A DNA stretch of 63,152 bases, the filler included, from Octopus bimaculoides (Eukaryota), in assembly GCF_001194135.2 (NCBI RefSeq). It is 6 parts of 6 records of this genome, joined end to end, with 100 filler letters (N's around TTAATTAATTAA, not from the genome) between each part and the next. Parts side by side here need not be neighbours in the genome. Positions count along the whole stretch, not along the records: positions 54,713 to 63,152 come from NC_068997.1; 5 more parts are not named here. One strand, written 5' to 3'. Below, one piece after another: positions 61,140 to 63,152 of the stretch. The position numbers and the translations under genes are program-made. A model generated the notes under the pieces. That model saw nothing but the letters and a program-made list of their open reading frames with translations, did not search any database and was not told the DNA's origin. How positions within the stretch are numbered: position 1 is the stretch's first letter; each line of letters starts with the position of its first letter.

Positions 61140-61295
61140 AAATGGCTAAGTGATTACATCGATGCTTATTTTATCGATACGTAAGGGATGAAAGGCAAAG
61201 TCAACCTCGGCGGAATTTGTACTAAGAATGTAAAGCCGGACGAAATGCCGCTAAGCACCTTATCCGGATCGGTAACGATTCTGCAAGCGCGCCGT
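61140..61295 (-). mobile_element. SINE family A
   Basis: GGGATGAAAGGCAAAGTCAACCTCGGCGGAATTTG...GACGAAATGCCGCTAAGCA. Confidence 0.85.
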
Positions 61296-61318
61296 TAAAA
61301 ATATTGACGTGGATATAT

Positions 61319-61435
<117 letters not shown>

Positions 61436-61543
61436 ACACATAGATACTCTAGTATATTCATATAATTATATAAAAAACATACCGACACACAAACATACAC
61501 ATAAGTATGCATGCTCACTCACGCACGAACACACACACACACA

Positions 61544-61578
<35 letters not shown>

Positions 61579-62999
61579 GTACACAGCCCCACCTAATATA
61601 TAAGGCGCAATATATAGATATATCTTTAGATAGATATATCTTTACGCATGTATATATATATATATACATAGACAAACTCATAAACAGAATGATTTGCAAA
61701 GATATACGGATATATGTCAAACGAAATACATGTATATATGTATATATGTTACTTATGAATGCATTTCTCTCTCTCTCTCTCTCTCTTTCCCAGCGGAGTG
61801 AACTAGCGAGCCAGAGGGAGAGAGGGAGAGAGAGAGAGAGAGGGGTGAGAGAAAAGAGAGAGAGAGGGAGAGAGAGAGAGAGGGGTGAGAGAAAAGAGAG
61901 AGAGAGGAGGAGAGAAAGAGTGAGAGAGAGGGAGAGAGAAATCGGATAAGGAAAGGGAGCTAATTAGAGCAACATAGAGGGGAAGTTATAGGGATATTGA
62001 AACAAAACTATCAAACATTAGAAATATTACATCACGATACCATAAAGTAAGGGAAAAATTATATTCGGTAATGCAAAATATTTCCAATGATTTAACATTT
62101 AAGAAACAAAGCAGAAATTTTTAAGGTTATGAAGACATAAAACTGGTAATTACAGAGATGGAACCAAATCTTTTATCTAAATTTAATATTGTAAATTGTA
62201 AACTTATCAGTTAACCTAGGTCTCTTATTGCTTTAAAATAGAATTTCAAAGTGGGAAGAATTTTGTGGTTCTTGATAACGATACCCGCGCGTTTCGTTTT
62301 TTAGAAAAGGTATGTTAGAAATTAAAATTTCTGTAGCTTCCCAACAACATATTCGTCATGGCCTTCGCTCTCACGTCGAGTTACAAGTGTTACTATGTTA
62401 CACCGCACGCAAGCTATACTGAATGTTTAAATTTTTCGGTCGCCAAACGTATTCTGTCTATAAATTTTAGACTTTTACAGGAGTGCACATGTGCATAAAG
62501 ACGTTTTTTAAAAAAAATATTGGCTTTTCACACAGTGTATCCCTTAGTGCATGCATATGTCATTACCCTGTATTTTTGGTATTACGTTTTTGGCAAGACA
62601 AATTCGGTTTAATGAGCAATTATGTTTACCTTTACACATACAAACACATATGGATATATATCTATGTATCTATCTGTTTATCTATGTATATAAAAACAAG
62701 CTGGTTCCTATGTATTTCCCTGAAGAGAAGATTACATCTTTATCAACATCACTTGTTCCTTAGGAAGGAACCATTTGTAATCTTCGAAACATATGTTGGA
62801 AATAAAAGAATTCATTTAACATATGCGTATTACTCCATTTATTAAATTTTTATATTTACTCAATTACCCAAAATAACAGGGAGTTTCTACCTCATAAACA
62901 GGAGTTACACCACAGTCATTTTGTGATCTTTGCTACCCTGGTATCTATTAACCAATTTAATTTGTCCGAGTTAATTATTAAGTAAGAGAAAATAAATAC

Positions 63000-63070
<71 letters not shown>

Positions 63071-63152
63071 ATGTTGAAAGATGTTAAAAAGCTAAACAAT
63101 GCGAATAGATTTTAAGATGAGGTAACGTAAACTACAAGTAAGTTACCTGGTA

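Overview
AT-rich, gap- and microsatellite-riddled animal genomic DNA. The repeat content is most consistent with an octopod cephalopod (Octopus-like); this is inference from repeat families, not a database match. Almost all ORFs in the supplied track are artefacts of N-gaps or microsatellites. Real coding signal is limited to (i) a His/Asn/Gly/Ser/Thr-rich reading frame on the minus strand (473 to <1) that runs off the window and is missing from the track, and (ii) a Helitron Rep-helicase gene, open for 1178 codons (8526-12062) and then broken by a stop and frameshifts to 12898. The rest is transposon debris: two abundant tRNA-derived SINE families, several RLE-endonuclease LINE 3' ends (R4/Dong-like, mostly abutting (TAA)n, plus one CRE-like), CR1-type and RTE-type relics, a Tc1/mariner end, a pristine hAT MITE with TSD, and Helentron/HINE-like pieces. 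Five 100-bp gaps carry an artificial TTAATTAATTAA linker. The most striking unexplained signals are minimal type-I hammerhead ribozyme motifs (38144-38189 and 53310-53352), one lying in a short element behind a tRNA-like Pol III head. Others are the asymmetric decay of the Helitron next to a candidate head-to-head host first exon, a 111-bp perfect inverted copy of a SINE segment, and a 62-bp-arm foldback hairpin.
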